Source: Methanomassiliicoccaceae archaeon
GTDB lineage: Archaea; Thermoplasmatota; Thermoplasmata; Methanomassiliicoccales; Methanomassiliicoccaceae
Assembly: GCA_963728405.1 (NCBI GenBank)
Contig: CAVSJV010000017.1
Location: 352,001 to 416,000 of the forward strand
Reading direction: 5' to 3'
Length of the DNA stretch: 64,000 nucleotides
The translations under genes and the position numbers were made by a program. How positions within the stretch are numbered: the first letter of the stretch is position 1; each line of letters begins with the position of its first letter. Shown here piece after piece: positions 38,530 to 49,850 of this stretch. The notes under the pieces were generated by a model. The model was not told the DNA's origin, ran no database searches, and saw nothing but the letters and a program-made list of their open reading frames with translations.

Positions 38530-41042
38530 TGCTCCTCGGGTATGGTGAAGAAGAAGATGCTTCCCACTCCCTTCTTCGACTCGACCCAGATGCGCCCGCC
38601 ATGCCGTTCGACGATCTTCTTGCTGATGGCCAGACCGATGCCGGTCCCCGGGTACTGCTCGTTCGTATGAAGACGCTGGAACATCTTGAACAGGTTCTCG
38701 TGATACTTCGGATCGATGCCGATGCCGTTGTCCTTGACGGCGATGATCCATTCGTGACCTCTGTGACGTGCTGATACTTCCACCCTCGGTGCTTCCGCCC
38801 CATGGAACTTGATGGCATTGCTGATCAGGTTCTGGAGCACTTGAGATAGTTGCGTCGCATCGCCCCAGACGGTCGGTAGAGGCTCGATTGAAACTGAAGC
38901 CTTATTCTCCGTGATCGCCACATGCAGGTCGTCGATGACCTTCTCAGTTACCAGGTTCATATTCACAGTCGAGAAAGGTATTACTTGAGTATCGATGCGC
39001 GAGAACTGCAGCAGGTCGTCGATGAGCTGCCTCATGCGCTCGGAACCGCGGACCGCCGTGCTCATGTACTCCTTGGCCTGCGGACTCAGTTCGCTGCCGA
39101 ACTTCTTGTTAAGTAGCCCTAGATAAGCGGTAACCATCCTGAGAGGCTCTTGCAGATCGTGACTGGCCACATAAGCGAACTGCTGCAGCTCGGCGTTGGA
39201 ACGGGCCAGCGCCCTTTGTTCGTTCCTCTGTTCGGTGATGTCCTGCGCCGTCACAACGGCTCCCAGGAGTCTACCATCGGGACTCATTATGGGTGCCGCT
39301 GAGTTGAGTATGGTCGCTCGCTGGCCGTCGAAGCGTTCGATGTCGATCACATCGCCAATGATGGTCTCACCCTTCAGCAACGCCATGGCCAACCCCCAGT
39401 CTTCAGCCTTGTATCGTTCGCCAGTATCCGGCCGCCAGCCCTTGAATTCGGCGTACTGGTCTACCCCATTGACCGCTATTTCCTTGATGCCCCATATACG
39501 TCTCATAGCATCATTGGCCTCGACCACCCTGCCGTTGGCATCGGCGATGGCCACACCTACTGGCAGGGTGGCTAGGATGGTTCGCAGGCGGGAACGCTCC
39601 TCTTCCGTTGCTCTCTGCGCCCGCTTGATCTCGGTAATGTCCACGCTCGTGGTGATCTCGTGGTCCTTCCCGAGGGGAGCGGTGGTCATCAGGTAATCCC
39701 GATCATTAGCGTCTAAATGCACCTCCTTGGTGATTGGTTTCCCTAATGTTCGCATCTCCCTTATGTCCTCAAGCCGCATGGTAGCCGTCCCCGGATTGAG
39801 TATCTCGCTGTCTCTCTTGCCCTTGACCTCATCGATGGGGCCTTCCCCCAAGGCCTTGAGCGCTGCGGGGTTGGCATCGACCAATACCTTGTCGATGACC
39901 TCTCCACTCTGGTCGTAAATGAACTGGCGTAGGGTGACCAGCTCCTGCAGGTTCTCGAACAAACCGCGGTACCTCGCCTCGCTCTCGCTTACCGTTTCAA
40001 AGAGTCGAGCGTTCTCTATCGCCAAAGAAAGCGATGAAGCAAGCTTGTTGGCGAAGTCGATCTGGGCATCGCTGAACCGGACGTTCTTGGGATTATGGTA
40101 GAACGCGATGATACCGATGACCTCATCTTTCAAAATGATCGGCGCTACCAGGACCGAACGGGCACTATAGGCTTTCATGTTCGGCCGGTTCGCTCGCGGG
40201 TCGTTGTACGCGTCGTCGATGGCGATGGCCTTTCTCTCCTTAGCGACCAGCATGGAGATCGGCGATTCCTCTTCGGTGTTCAGATGGCCAAGAATGCTGG
40301 ACGGGAAGTTGTGCGCGAACCGGGCGACCCAATAATCGCCCTCGCGCATGCTGATGAGCGAGGACTCGGCGTCGAGGGCCTTTGACCCTTCGTTGATAAC
40401 CCGCTGCATGAGTTCGTCATAGTCAAGAGTGGAGTTGATGTACGCGTTGATCCGGTTCAATGCCGAACTAAATAGCTCACTTTCCTTGACCGCTTCCTCC
40501 GCTTTCTTGCGCTCGGTGATGTCAAACAACGCCGATCGTATGGTGATCTCACCCCCCTCTTCGACCGTGATGCTCACGATACTGACCTCGCTCTCGCTGG
40601 TGCCTTTGAGCTTGATCTCACCGCTCTGTTTGCCTCGGTTCTCCAACATCCGCCGGACATGGAGATAGAGCTCGTCCTGCGATTCGTCGGTGACGAACGA
40701 CGAGAGCTTCTTCTTCAGAACATATTTGACATTTGAATCAACCATCTGGGAGAAGGTTAGATTGGCTTCCTTGATGACCATATCCTCGCTGATGGTCACA
40801 TAGCCAATGGGGGCGAGGTTGAACAGGTCGAAATATCTCCTCATCGACTCGTCCAGGCTCGATCTCGTTTTCTGAAGGCTCTCGTTCTGCATCTCCAGCT
40901 CGGTCTGGTAGACCTGCAGCTCGTGAATGATCTCCTGGGCCTCTTCCCCGGAGACCTTCCTTCCGCTTTCTAGACGCCCCTTCACAGCGTCCTCGGCCCT
41001 CTTTCTCAACTCCTCCAGGTATTGGGTGTTGTCCTCAGTCAT
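38526..41042 (-). CDS. PAS/GAF sensor histidine kinase
   Basis: FAYVASHDLQEPLR H-box, NLISNAIKF, DNGIGI and GTGIGLAI motifs; PAS and GAF segments upstream. Confidence 0.93.
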   Translation of the reverse strand: MTEDNTQYLEELRKRAEDAVKGRLESGRKVSGEEAQEIIHELQVYQTELEMQNESLQKTRSSLDESMRRYFDLFNLAPIGYVTISEDMVIKEANLTFSQMVDSNVKYVLKKKLSSFVTDESQDELYLHVRRMLENRGKQSGEIKLKGTSESEVSIVSITVEEGGEITIRSALFDITERKKAEEAVKESELFSSALNRINAYINSTLDYDELMQRVINEGSKALDAESSLISMREGDYWVARFAHNFPSSILGHLNTEEESPISMLVAKERKAIAIDDAYNDPRANRPNMKAYSARSVLVAPIILKDEVIGIIAFYHNPKNVRFSDAQIDFANKLASSLSLAIENARLFETVSESEARYRGLFENLQELVTLRQFIYDQSGEVIDKVLVDANPAALKALGEGPIDEVKGKRDSEILNPGTATMRLEDIREMRTLGKPITKEVHLDANDRDYLMTTAPLGKDHEITTSVDITEIKRAQRATEEERSRLRTILATLPVGVAIADANGRVVEANDAMRRIWGIKEIAVNGVDQYAEFKGWRPDTGERYKAEDWGLAMALLKGETIIGDVIDIERFDGQRATILNSAAPIMSPDGRLLGAVVTAQDITEQRNEQRALARSNAELQQFAYVASHDLQEPLRMVTAYLGLLNKKFGSELSPQAKEYMSTAVRGSERMRQLIDDLLQFSRIDTQVIPFSTVNMNLVTEKVIDDLHVAITENKASVSIEPLPTVWGDATQLSQVLQNLISNAIKFHGAEAPRVEVSARHRGHEWIIAVKDNGIGIDPKYHENLFKMFQRLHTNEQYPGTGIGLAISKKIVERHGGRIWVESKKGVGSIFFFTIPEEQ

Positions 41043-41078
41043 GGATGTCCCCCGGCCGGCCGTCGCTTATTGGTCTGA

Positions 41079-44041
41079 TCACTCATTTGCAGCCTCTCCA
41101 GCTGACGCTGGGCCTGCCTTTGGCCGGGAGATTTCCCCGATGGTCACGATAGCAGAGGTAAACTTTCCTTCCTGGTCCACGACGGAGTTCCCGCTGAAGC
41201 TCCCAATAAAAGTATGATTTGTACCTTTGTTGCGAACCTGGAAATCCTGGTTGAAGAACGTCTCTCCCTTTATCGCCTTTTGAAATGGCCATTCCTCCGG
41301 CGGTATCGGCTTTCCGTCCTCGGTCCTAATATCGAGGGCCTGGGCATAATCTTCGACCCTTCGCACATCGAGCTGCTTCAACGCGGTGGGGTTGGCATAG
41401 ATCACCCGGCCGTTCTGGTCCAGCTCGATCAGGCCCGCGTTCATGCTCCTCAGGATCGCTTCTAACCGTTGGGCCTTCTTCTTTGCTTCCTCGACCGCAT
41501 CGACGACCTCTTTCTCCGCCCGCTTCCGGGAATTTATGTCCACGAAGGTTACCACCACCCCGTCCGGGGCATTCCCTTCGGTGCGGTAGGGAAGTAGTCG
41601 CATAAGGTACCATTCGCCATTCTTGGTGCGAACCTCCTGCTCCTCGGCCTTTAATGTGTTGATAACAGCTTTTGCTTTCGCGGTGAGATCGACCTCCAGA
41701 AGATCGGTGGAGAAAGCGGTCAACGGCCGGCCGAGGTCCGTCTGGACAAGGTTAACGAATCTCGTGGCCGGTTCGGTGAACCGCCGGAGCTTGAGCTTGG
41801 TGTCCAAGAAAATGATGGCGATCTCAGTGTTGTTGAGGAGATTCTTCAGATCATTGGTCACTCCGGCTTGCTTCTCGATGCGTTGCTGAAGTTCATTGTT
41901 AACGGTGAGCAGTTCTTCGTTCACCGATTGAAGCTCCTCTCTCGACGTCTCCAGTTCCTCGTTGGTGCTCTGGAACTCCTCATTGGTCGATTCCATCTCC
42001 TCGGTGAGAGACCTTATTTCCTCGCGCGAGGCCTCCAGCTCGGTGGTGGTAGCAGTTAATTGTTTCTCCGCCTCATCCAACCTTTCCTTGAACTCCTTAC
42101 ATTCTTGAACGACATGGTCCTGGCTCGTACGCTTCCCTGATCTGACGGGATGAGATTCCTCGAAGACCACGGCCAGCAATCCTTCTGTTTCCTCTCGGCC
42201 GAGGATGGGCATTACTCTAAGATCGACCGCTTCGGGATGCCCGTATACATCCACTTTGATGTTCTTGACCACGACCTCCTTTCCCTCTTTGCTTGCTCGG
42301 AGTATCCCCGAAGAAAGGTACGACTTGATGCCCTTGCGGGCCATCGACGATACATTGTTCGTTGCCTGGCCTGTGGCCGGTCGTAGGTACTTGCCGGTGT
42401 CACCGTGGATATAGACGACTTCGCCCGAGGCGTTGATGATCACCGTGGGAGGGGCCAGTTGATCGAGCAGGAACCGCTCCACTTCCGGGACGACTCCCCT
42501 CCAGTCCGGGCCGGTCATCTCATTGAGGGCGATCCTGGACCTCCCGCTCACGGCTTCGCCAGGAATCCGGGGGGATGCTGCTGCGGACGTCACTGCAGGC
42601 ATGGGATATTTCATGCGCTCAGCGATCCTTGCTTTATCATCCACCGGTTTGAAGAACTCGGAGAATGGATTTAGGGATTCCGAACCGCCCAGGAACAAGA
42701 GCGCACCTGGATTGGCCGCGTACGCGAATGTGGAGGCCACTCTCTGTTGAGCCTTGGGCTCGAGGTAGATCAAAAGGTTCCGGCAGCTTATCAGGTCGAT
42801 CCTTGAGAAGGGGGGATCATTGAGCAAGTTATGGATCGCGAACACCACCATCTCTCTCAGGGATTTCTTGACCCGATAACGTTCGTTCTCGAACACGAAG
42901 AACTTGCTCAATCTCTCTGCACCAACATCAGCCACGATGCTGTCCGGGTACAGTCCCGTCCTCGCTCGCTCGACCGCCTGGACGTCGATGTCGGTGCCGA
43001 AGATCTGGACATCCAGCTTGCGATGGGTCTCGTCCATGCATTCCTGCAGAAGGATGGCGATGGAGTAGACCTCTTCGCCGGTGGCGCAAGCGGGGACCCA
43101 GATCCTCAGGGCAGATAACTCGGTCCTTTCGGCCACGAGGTCGATCAGGATCCGTTCCTTGAGGGCAGCGAACGCATCGGGGTCCCGGAAGAACCTGGTG
43201 ACGGAAATAAGGAGATCCTTTTGCAACAGCTCAACCTCGTCCGGATTCGTTCTCAGGTAACCGATGTAGGCCGACAGATCCTGGAGATCGAGAATGCCCG
43301 CCCTCCGCTCCACCCTACGGAGGATGGTCTTCTTCTTGTAACTGGAAAAGTCGTTACCGGTCTGAGCCCGGACCAACTTAAGGATGCGATGGATGGCCTC
43401 TAAACCGGCCTCCGGCACATTCTCCCCAGCTTCCAGCGCCGCCACCCTATGACCGATGTACTTCATCAGCTGAGAGGGCATCTCCGACGGGGAGAGATGC
43501 AGTCGTCCACCAGACCGGTCTCCACGGCGCTCCGGGGCATGCCATCGTACTTGGCCGAGATGAAGTCCTGGGCCACGACCAGCCCGAGATACTCCTTGAT
43601 GTCCTTAACTCCCAGGGACCCGTCCGTTCCCGTTCCGGAGAGGACGATGGCCACCGCGTTCTCGCCCTTTGCTTCGGCCAGGGAACGGAAGAACAGGTCG
43701 ACGGGCATCTTCTTTTCACGCAAGTCCGTTCTCTTGACTCGATGAAGGGTGTTATCTTCGATGTAGACATACTCCTCGGCAGGGATGATGTAGACCTGAT
43801 TAGGCTGGACGTGAACTCCCTCCTCGACCGTATGGACCTCCATTTTCGTGTACCGACCGATGATCTCCACCAACATGCTGCGGTGGCTGGGGTCCAGATG
43901 GGTGATGATGACGAAAGCCATCCCGCTGTCGGAGGACATGTTCTGGAAGAACTGTTCAAGGGCCTCCAGTCCGCCTGCTGAGGCGCCTAGGCCAACCACC
44001 ACCGTATTATTTGGCGACCCATTGGACGAGGTATCGATCAC
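41079..44041 (-). CDS. CheB-CheR-PAS fusion protein; frameshift near 43490
   Basis: CheB motifs GASAGG, ITHL and SGTGTDG; CheR motifs SVTRFFRD, CATGEEVYS and CRNLLIY; coiled coil with EELQS.NEEL repeats; PAS domains. Confidence 0.9.
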
Positions 44042-44576
44042 GACTATCAGCTCCTTCTAGATTGGGGGGAGAGGAGACACTTTTCTTACTTTTTTTCGGC
44101 ATCTTGTTATCGGCACACATAACCATCCCTGCTTGGTCTAGCCCTGGTGGGAGTTGATCGTCGCGATCCAATACGGAACATTTCTCGAGGCCCTCATTTC
44201 TGGGTCGATAGATCGCGTATCGCTGTCTCCCTCTCAATTAGTGTTCTACGGTTTAACCCTATTCAACATCCTTGGGTTAGATTAGATACAGGGCTCTGGT
44301 CAGCAAATGTTTGATTCCGTGCCACTTGCCCAGTTGCCTCCGGCCGCACAGCGCCCAGCTGAGATGGCTAGAAATAAAAAGAAAGAGTTTGTGCAGAAAA
44401 CCCGCTGATTGAACCTTCTTCTTGTACTACTGGCTAGTCTGGATAGTGAGGGCCGGCGCCCGCACCACCTTTTTTTATCAAATCTACATGTTCTTCACCG
44501 TAACGCCTAAACTGATGATGCTGTCCGACCGACCTTGAGGGACAAACGGCAAAAACTAGCAGTTCCCTGCGGTATC

Positions 44577-45459
44577 GTGGATAGAAGCACCAAGCTCCCA
44601 TTGTTAGCGGCCGTCGTCCTGGTGATCTCGGTGATCGTCCCGATGGCCATGGCCATGACCCTGTTCGCCGGTGCGCTGGATGCCTTGGACCTGACGATAC
44701 AGGCCCTGCTGCTCACCACCATGGTACCATTGATCACCCTGTCCGCGTACATGTGGGCGACAGGAAAGGGGGCCATGCTGATCGCGGGCTATAACACATC
44801 GCCGAAGGCCGTTCGGGACATGTACGACTCTAGGGCCATGGCCAAGTTCGTTGGCATGTTGCTGATGATTTTCATGGCGATCATGCTGGCGGGTGTGGAG
44901 TCCCTGGTCCTGGTAGGAAACACAATGCTCTTCTGGGCCCTGTTCCTGATCAGTATCGGTATTCTGATCTCCGGAATTTATTATATAAACACGAGCGACC
45001 GGTTCCTGAAAGAAGGCGTGAATCCCCGGGACGCGAAGATGACCGCGGACGACAGGAAGCGCAACAGGAAGGTCCTGATCGCCGTCTTCACAGTCATCGC
45101 AATCATCCTGGTCGCCGTGTTCGCGTTAGTGGGGTCCGGTAGCGTGAGCGCATCGCTGGAGACGGACGGTCTCCACGTTCAGTGCCCCAGTAGTGAACGA
45201 ACTCATCCCCTACGAGGACGTGACCGCAATAGATCTGAGGGATAGTTTCGATGATGGCCGCCGCGTTGGCGGGTTCGGGGGAACGGAGGTGAGCAGTGGT
45301 CACTTCGAGAACGAGGAGTTCGGCAGGTACGTCCTGGCGAGGTACAACTCCGTTGATAGCTGCATCGTGGTGCATCATTCCGGCGAGGTGCTGGTGTTCA
45401 ATCTGGACACGACGGAAAGGACGATACACCTGTACGATGAGATGCGGTCGAGGTTATGA
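44577..45459 (+). CDS. Membrane protein with DUF3784-like region and C-terminal bacterial PH-like domain; frameshift near 45178
   Basis: Several TM helices; GKGAMLIAGYNT; C-terminal RVGGFGG....G.F.N..FG.Y. Confidence 0.7.
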
Positions 45460-46450
45460 GGGCCTATCCCCCAGAAGACGGCTTTGATGGGATGCATCAT
45501 CTTAAAAAGGTCCTGCTTCCGGCGTTACGGTGGGTTAAGGAAGGATATCTCCCTGGTAAGGCGCAGACCCAAGTATGGAACGAAAACGAGCCACTTCTAG
45601 AAGGGCTCGTTGAGGGATTTTTTTACTTCGCGACCGAGGTATCGGAGGCGAAAAATGTTGAGAGTACTGGCTTACTTAGATGGTGAGGTCAGCGCCCACG
45701 CTACTAATAATATCTAGCATCCCCGACTTTTCGGCCATCAATGAGGTTTTGCGCACAGGCAGCTGCTCGATTCCCCGGGACCCGATTCCGCTCACCTACG
45801 GATGCCGTCCAGCCATACCTTCCGGACCGCCCCGCCCCCTACCCTCATGGCGTACCAGTACGGGGCGAATTTCAGTCGTCCATGGGGGCGGATGGCCAAG
45901 ACCCTTGTCTCAGTGATCGGACAAGTGCCCATTTCATGAGGAAGAATAAGGAAGTTGGCGGCGACCTTGATGGATCGAGGGTCATTGAGTTCAATGAACG
46001 CTCCCGGGTCCGACGACCTCAGCGTGTTCAAGTTATCCTCTTTCCAGAACCGCCCAACTTCCTGGGAGACTATCCCTCCGAACACCAGTTGCCATCCTCA
46101 CTCTCCCCTCAAGAGGCTGAACGGCAGAGGGCCGTCGCTCAGAAGGTGGTCCATCGGAGGGATATCGGCCTCGAACCGGGGGCCTTCCTGACCGTATAAC
46201 CGGTCGGGGATGAAACGCAAGGAGAACAGCAGCTCATAGGCGGGTGCGAGCTCCCCGCTTGTGACCGACCGCATCGCACGGTAGGTCGAGTCGGTTCGGG
46301 CACATATTATGATGTGGTGCCTCTCCCGGAAATCCCAAATGAGCATCGCCTTGTCGATGATAGCCCCTTGAAAGGCCACGAGATTCCATCACAATGGAGA
46401 GATAAGGCCGTTGGCCTTGCTAGGGGGCATGTTCGGGCTTCCTTGGAACG

Positions 46451-47197
46451 TCAATGCCCTTGATCGAACAGGGCCAGTTCGAAACATTTTATGAACTCGA
46501 CGCCCTCCTTGTCCACCTGGAGATTCACCTGCCAGAATTCCACCCCATGTTCGGCGGCCTCCCTGGCGGCGTCCTGGATGCGAATGGTATGCCTATCCGG
46601 AACGGGTGGTGCGAAGATAGGGGCGTCATAGAGGAAGCACATCAGCATGATGGCCCGGGAGCCCGTCCCCACGGACGAAGCGATGTCGTGGAAGTGTTTG
46701 ATGAGGCGCTCGAAGTCCAGAAAAGGCGCAGCGGTCTTCTGGCATTGGGGATGGCCAGAGCAGTCGAGCATGTTCAGTGGGGTCTTGATCTCGATATAGT
46801 CCCGCCCGTTGATCCTGAAGTCGATGCGGGACAGCCCCAGTCTCACCTCCCGCTCGACCTCGCAGACCTCCCCGGTCATCGGAGCAAGGAGACCCTGCCG
46901 AACGAAGTGTTCGACATAGTCGTTGGCCCGGCCCTGATCGATGCCAACCCATTCTTTCTTGGCCCTATCCACCGGGTCGAGGGAGATCGCCTCCACCGTT
47001 CCACCGGTGGTTCGTCTTGGGTCATCGCTCAGCGACAGCAGGCAGGGGATGCCCAGGAAGCGTAGATTGCCGATCCGCCCGGTGCTGGGGCAATGGGCCT
47101 TGATGATCCGCCCATGCAGCTCCACCTCCATGATGAACCGGTTCGGACGGGCCCTTATCAGTCCTTCCTCAAGCGGCGGCTCGAACCTGTACTTCAT
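46451..47197 (-). CDS. sfsA: SfsA DNA/RNA nuclease-like protein
   Basis: RPNRF, HCPSTGR and SRIDF...YIEIK motifs. Confidence 0.88.
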   Translation of the reverse strand: MKYRFEPPLEEGLIRARPNRFIMEVELHGRIIKAHCPSTGRIGNLRFLGIPCLLSLSDDPRRTTGGTVEAISLDPVDRAKKEWVGIDQGRANDYVEHFVRQGLLAPMTGEVCEVEREVRLGLSRIDFRINGRDYIEIKTPLNMLDCSGHPQCQKTAAPFLDFERLIKHFHDIASSVGTGSRAIMLMCFLYDAPIFAPPVPDRHTIRIQDAAREAAEHGVEFWQVNLQVDKEGVEFIKCFELALFDQGH

Positions 47198-47346
47198 GTT
47201 CACGCAACCGTGCTCGGCATTATCTTAGTTGTCCAAAGCCCCTTCTACCGCTGATCGTGATCGACCACCGCTCCTTCTGGACATCGGCCGGCCGAGGGCG
47301 TAATAGTTAATAGGCAGCTTTCTAAAATAGTTCATGGGGCGATCAT

Positions 47347-47724
47347 ATGAACCATACGATAGTACATTTCGAGATACCGGCGGATGACCTCGACAAGATG
47401 AAGCGGTTCTATGGCAACGTTTTTGGCTGGAAGATCGTGGACATTCCCCGGATGGACTACGTGATGTTCCAGACCGTGCCGACCGACGAGAGGGGCATGC
47501 TCAAGGAGCCGGGCCTTAACGGTGGGATGTACAAGCGGACGGCGAAGGAGCAGATGCCGATCAACTACATCAACGTCGAGTCGGTCGACGAATTCATCGA
47601 GCGTGTGGTGAAGAACGGAGGAAAGGTCCTGACCCAAAAGCAGCACATCCCCACGATCGGGTACACCGCCTGGATCGCCGATCCCGAAGGGAACCCGTTA
47701 GGCCTGTTGCAGCCGGAAATGTAG
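47347..47724 (+). CDS. VOC/glyoxalase family protein
   Basis: VHFEIPADD...FY..VFGW, NGGM and DPEGNPLGL motifs. Confidence 0.9.
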   Translation: MNHTIVHFEIPADDLDKMKRFYGNVFGWKIVDIPRMDYVMFQTVPTDERGMLKEPGLNGGMYKRTAKEQMPINYINVESVDEFIERVVKNGGKVLTQKQHIPTIGYTAWIADPEGNPLGLLQPEM

Positions 47725-47827
47725 AAGACTACCGTCCGCTTGAGTTCCGGACAACAGTGGGGCGGCAACGGTCATTGGCCCTGGTCCAGCGATGCGCAAC
47801 ATTCTCGGACCTTGTCCCGGTCCGCGC

Positions 47828-49624
47828 TCAGAACCCCTTCCAGCGCTGGCGGTGGTTGAACCTTGGCTGCTCGTGGGCATCGACCTTCTTGGAGCTGGGA
47901 GCTGGAACAGCGGCCGTCAGAGGGGCCGGTCCACGCGGGGGACGAGCGTATGTGGAGTCCATGCAGGTGCGGTCGTGGGTCACCTTCATCAAGAAGACGA
48001 ACCACAGGAAGTAGGCCAGCAGGATCACCAGAACGGCAGGCCAATACAGCGCGAAGACGAACGCCACGCTGGCAGCGGTGAGCAGGGTGATGAACACCAG
48101 CGATGCGACGTAACCGCTGATATAGATGTAATGACCAGGCATTGTTCCAAGGTTAGTGTAGTTGATCTGCTTCACCACCGGCCGAAGCTGGAGCTGGAGC
48201 ACGATCCACAGCGCGATGGTGGCGACCACCGAGATACCGAAGGCGATGTGATGTTGCTCACCTGACGTCAGGATGATCCCAAGAACCGAGGCGACGTAGG
48301 CGATCTGGGCGACCAGCAGCCGATGGGACCCTTTGTAGATGCGGTAGCCATTCCCTGGCAGGATCAGCTTGCTGAGCGTCCTGGAGATGAGCCCGGCGGA
48401 GTACTTGATGAAACGGGGCATCTTGCGGCCGATGACATCGGCGATGCGATTGCTCTTCACCATCAGGAAGGGACAGAGGGCGCTCATGATGAAAGTGAAC
48501 GCTCCCGCCAGCGGGTATAATTCGGCGCCTTTGGTGATGGTGGCCGCCTGCCGCCCCACACTGGCATAGAGGACCGACTCCGCACCGCGGGCGCACATGG
48601 ACGTCGAGACGGCGGTGGCCTGCCGGGAGCTGTAGCCCATGAAGTAGGAGACCGTGGCGGTGATCAGCACGTCGTCGATGAGCACGAGGACGACCGCTAC
48701 CGCCACGATGCCCATGACCGATGGGAACAGCCCGGGATCGATGAGCATGCCGAAGGCGATGAAGAACACCGCCACGAACGCGTCCCGGAACGGGGCCATC
48801 TTCTCCTTCATCCGCTCGGTGATCTTCGTCTCGGCGAAGGCCATGCCGATGAAGAACGCCCCGATCATGCCCGGGATCGAGCAAAGCTCGGCGATAGCGG
48901 CGGACAGACAGACCATGCCCAGCGCGAACAGAACGAACATCTCGTCGTTCTTCATCTTGACCAGGTGGGAGATGGTCTTGGGGATTACCAATAGGGCGAG
49001 GATGGCGAACAAGGTGACGAAGACCGCCGCGCCGACCACGAACCCGGTGAGAGAGGTATCGACGCCCGTCTTCACTATGAGCCCGCCGACCAGCGCCAGG
49101 AAGATGGCCGAGATGAAGTCCTCCACGACCATGACGCCGAGCAGGAAGTCCGTCTCGGGGTTGGAGAGCCGCTTCAGTTCCATGAGCGATTTCATCGCTA
49201 CCGCAGCGCAGCTCATGGAGATGACCGCAGCGAGGAAGATGGTATCGATGAGCGGCCAGCCCAGGGCGGTGCCCAGGAGGATGCCGGTGAAGAGATTGAC
49301 GCCAATGTTGATGACCGAGAGGATGATGGCCGGCCGTTCTACCTTCCGAAGCTTAGTGATAGAGAACTCCAGGCCGACGAAGAACATCAGGAGGATTATT
49401 CCCAGCTGGGAGATTACCGATATGAACGTGGTGTCCTGGATGAGACCATCATAACGGAACCCGGCGATATCCAGGTGGATGAACGGCCCAATGAGGACCC
49501 CAGCGACGATGTATCCGAGAACCACGCTCTGCTTGTAGCGGCTGGCCAAGGCTGCACCTATGAAAGCGACCAGCATGATCGCCCCGACCTCGAACATTAT
49601 GCTGCTCTCGTTCAGCCCTGTCAC
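47828..49624 (-). CDS. Cation:proton antiporter (CPA2/Kef-type) with extra C-terminal TM helices
   Basis: GYIVAGVLIGP, FFVGLEFS, VVEDF and FFIAFGM motifs. Confidence 0.88.
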   Translation of the reverse strand: MTGLNESSIMFEVGAIMLVAFIGAALASRYKQSVVLGYIVAGVLIGPFIHLDIAGFRYDGLIQDTTFISVISQLGIILLMFFVGLEFSITKLRKVERPAIILSVINIGVNLFTGILLGTALGWPLIDTIFLAAVISMSCAAVAMKSLMELKRLSNPETDFLLGVMVVEDFISAIFLALVGGLIVKTGVDTSLTGFVVGAAVFVTLFAILALLVIPKTISHLVKMKNDEMFVLFALGMVCLSAAIAELCSIPGMIGAFFIGMAFAETKITERMKEKMAPFRDAFVAVFFIAFGMLIDPGLFPSVMGIVAVAVVLVLIDDVLITATVSYFMGYSSRQATAVSTSMCARGAESVLYASVGRQAATITKGAELYPLAGAFTFIMSALCPFLMVKSNRIADVIGRKMPRFIKYSAGLISRTLSKLILPGNGYRIYKGSHRLLVAQIAYVASVLGIILTSGEQHHIAFGISVVATIALWIVLQLQLRPVVKQINYTNLGTMPGHYIYISGYVASLVFITLLTAASVAFVFALYWPAVLVILLAYFLWFVFLMKVTHDRTCMDSTYARPPRGPAPLTAAVPAPSSKKVDAHEQPRFNHRQRWKGF

Positions 49625-49850
49625 CCATCCGCGGACCTGAAGGTAGGAGAGCCGCTGCTATGGGGCCGTAGACCTGACGACGACCAGAGCGCCGCCGCCT
49701 TACCCTACCGATCCTTCGCTAGTTGCCCTTCCTCCGCTCAGAAGTCCAGTGCATCCCGGGCGAAGTAAGACATGGTACATACTTGATGTTTTCTAGGCCG
49801 GCCTTGGGCGGGGAAAAACGCCTTTAGCGGGACCGCGCATTGTACATGGG

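Larger units (their letters stand above)
37363..44465. mobile_element. Degenerate integrative island at the tRNA-Gly 3' end
   Basis: 13-bp direct repeat CCGGCGCCCGCAC at 37363-37375 and 44453-44465; integrase remnant next to the tRNA; visibly lower GC. Confidence 0.85.

Noticed and set aside
41900-42060. Repeat-like stretch in the CheB-CheR gene
   Set aside because: Ordinary coiled-coil heptads (EELQS.NEEL) of this family, not a DNA repeat array.
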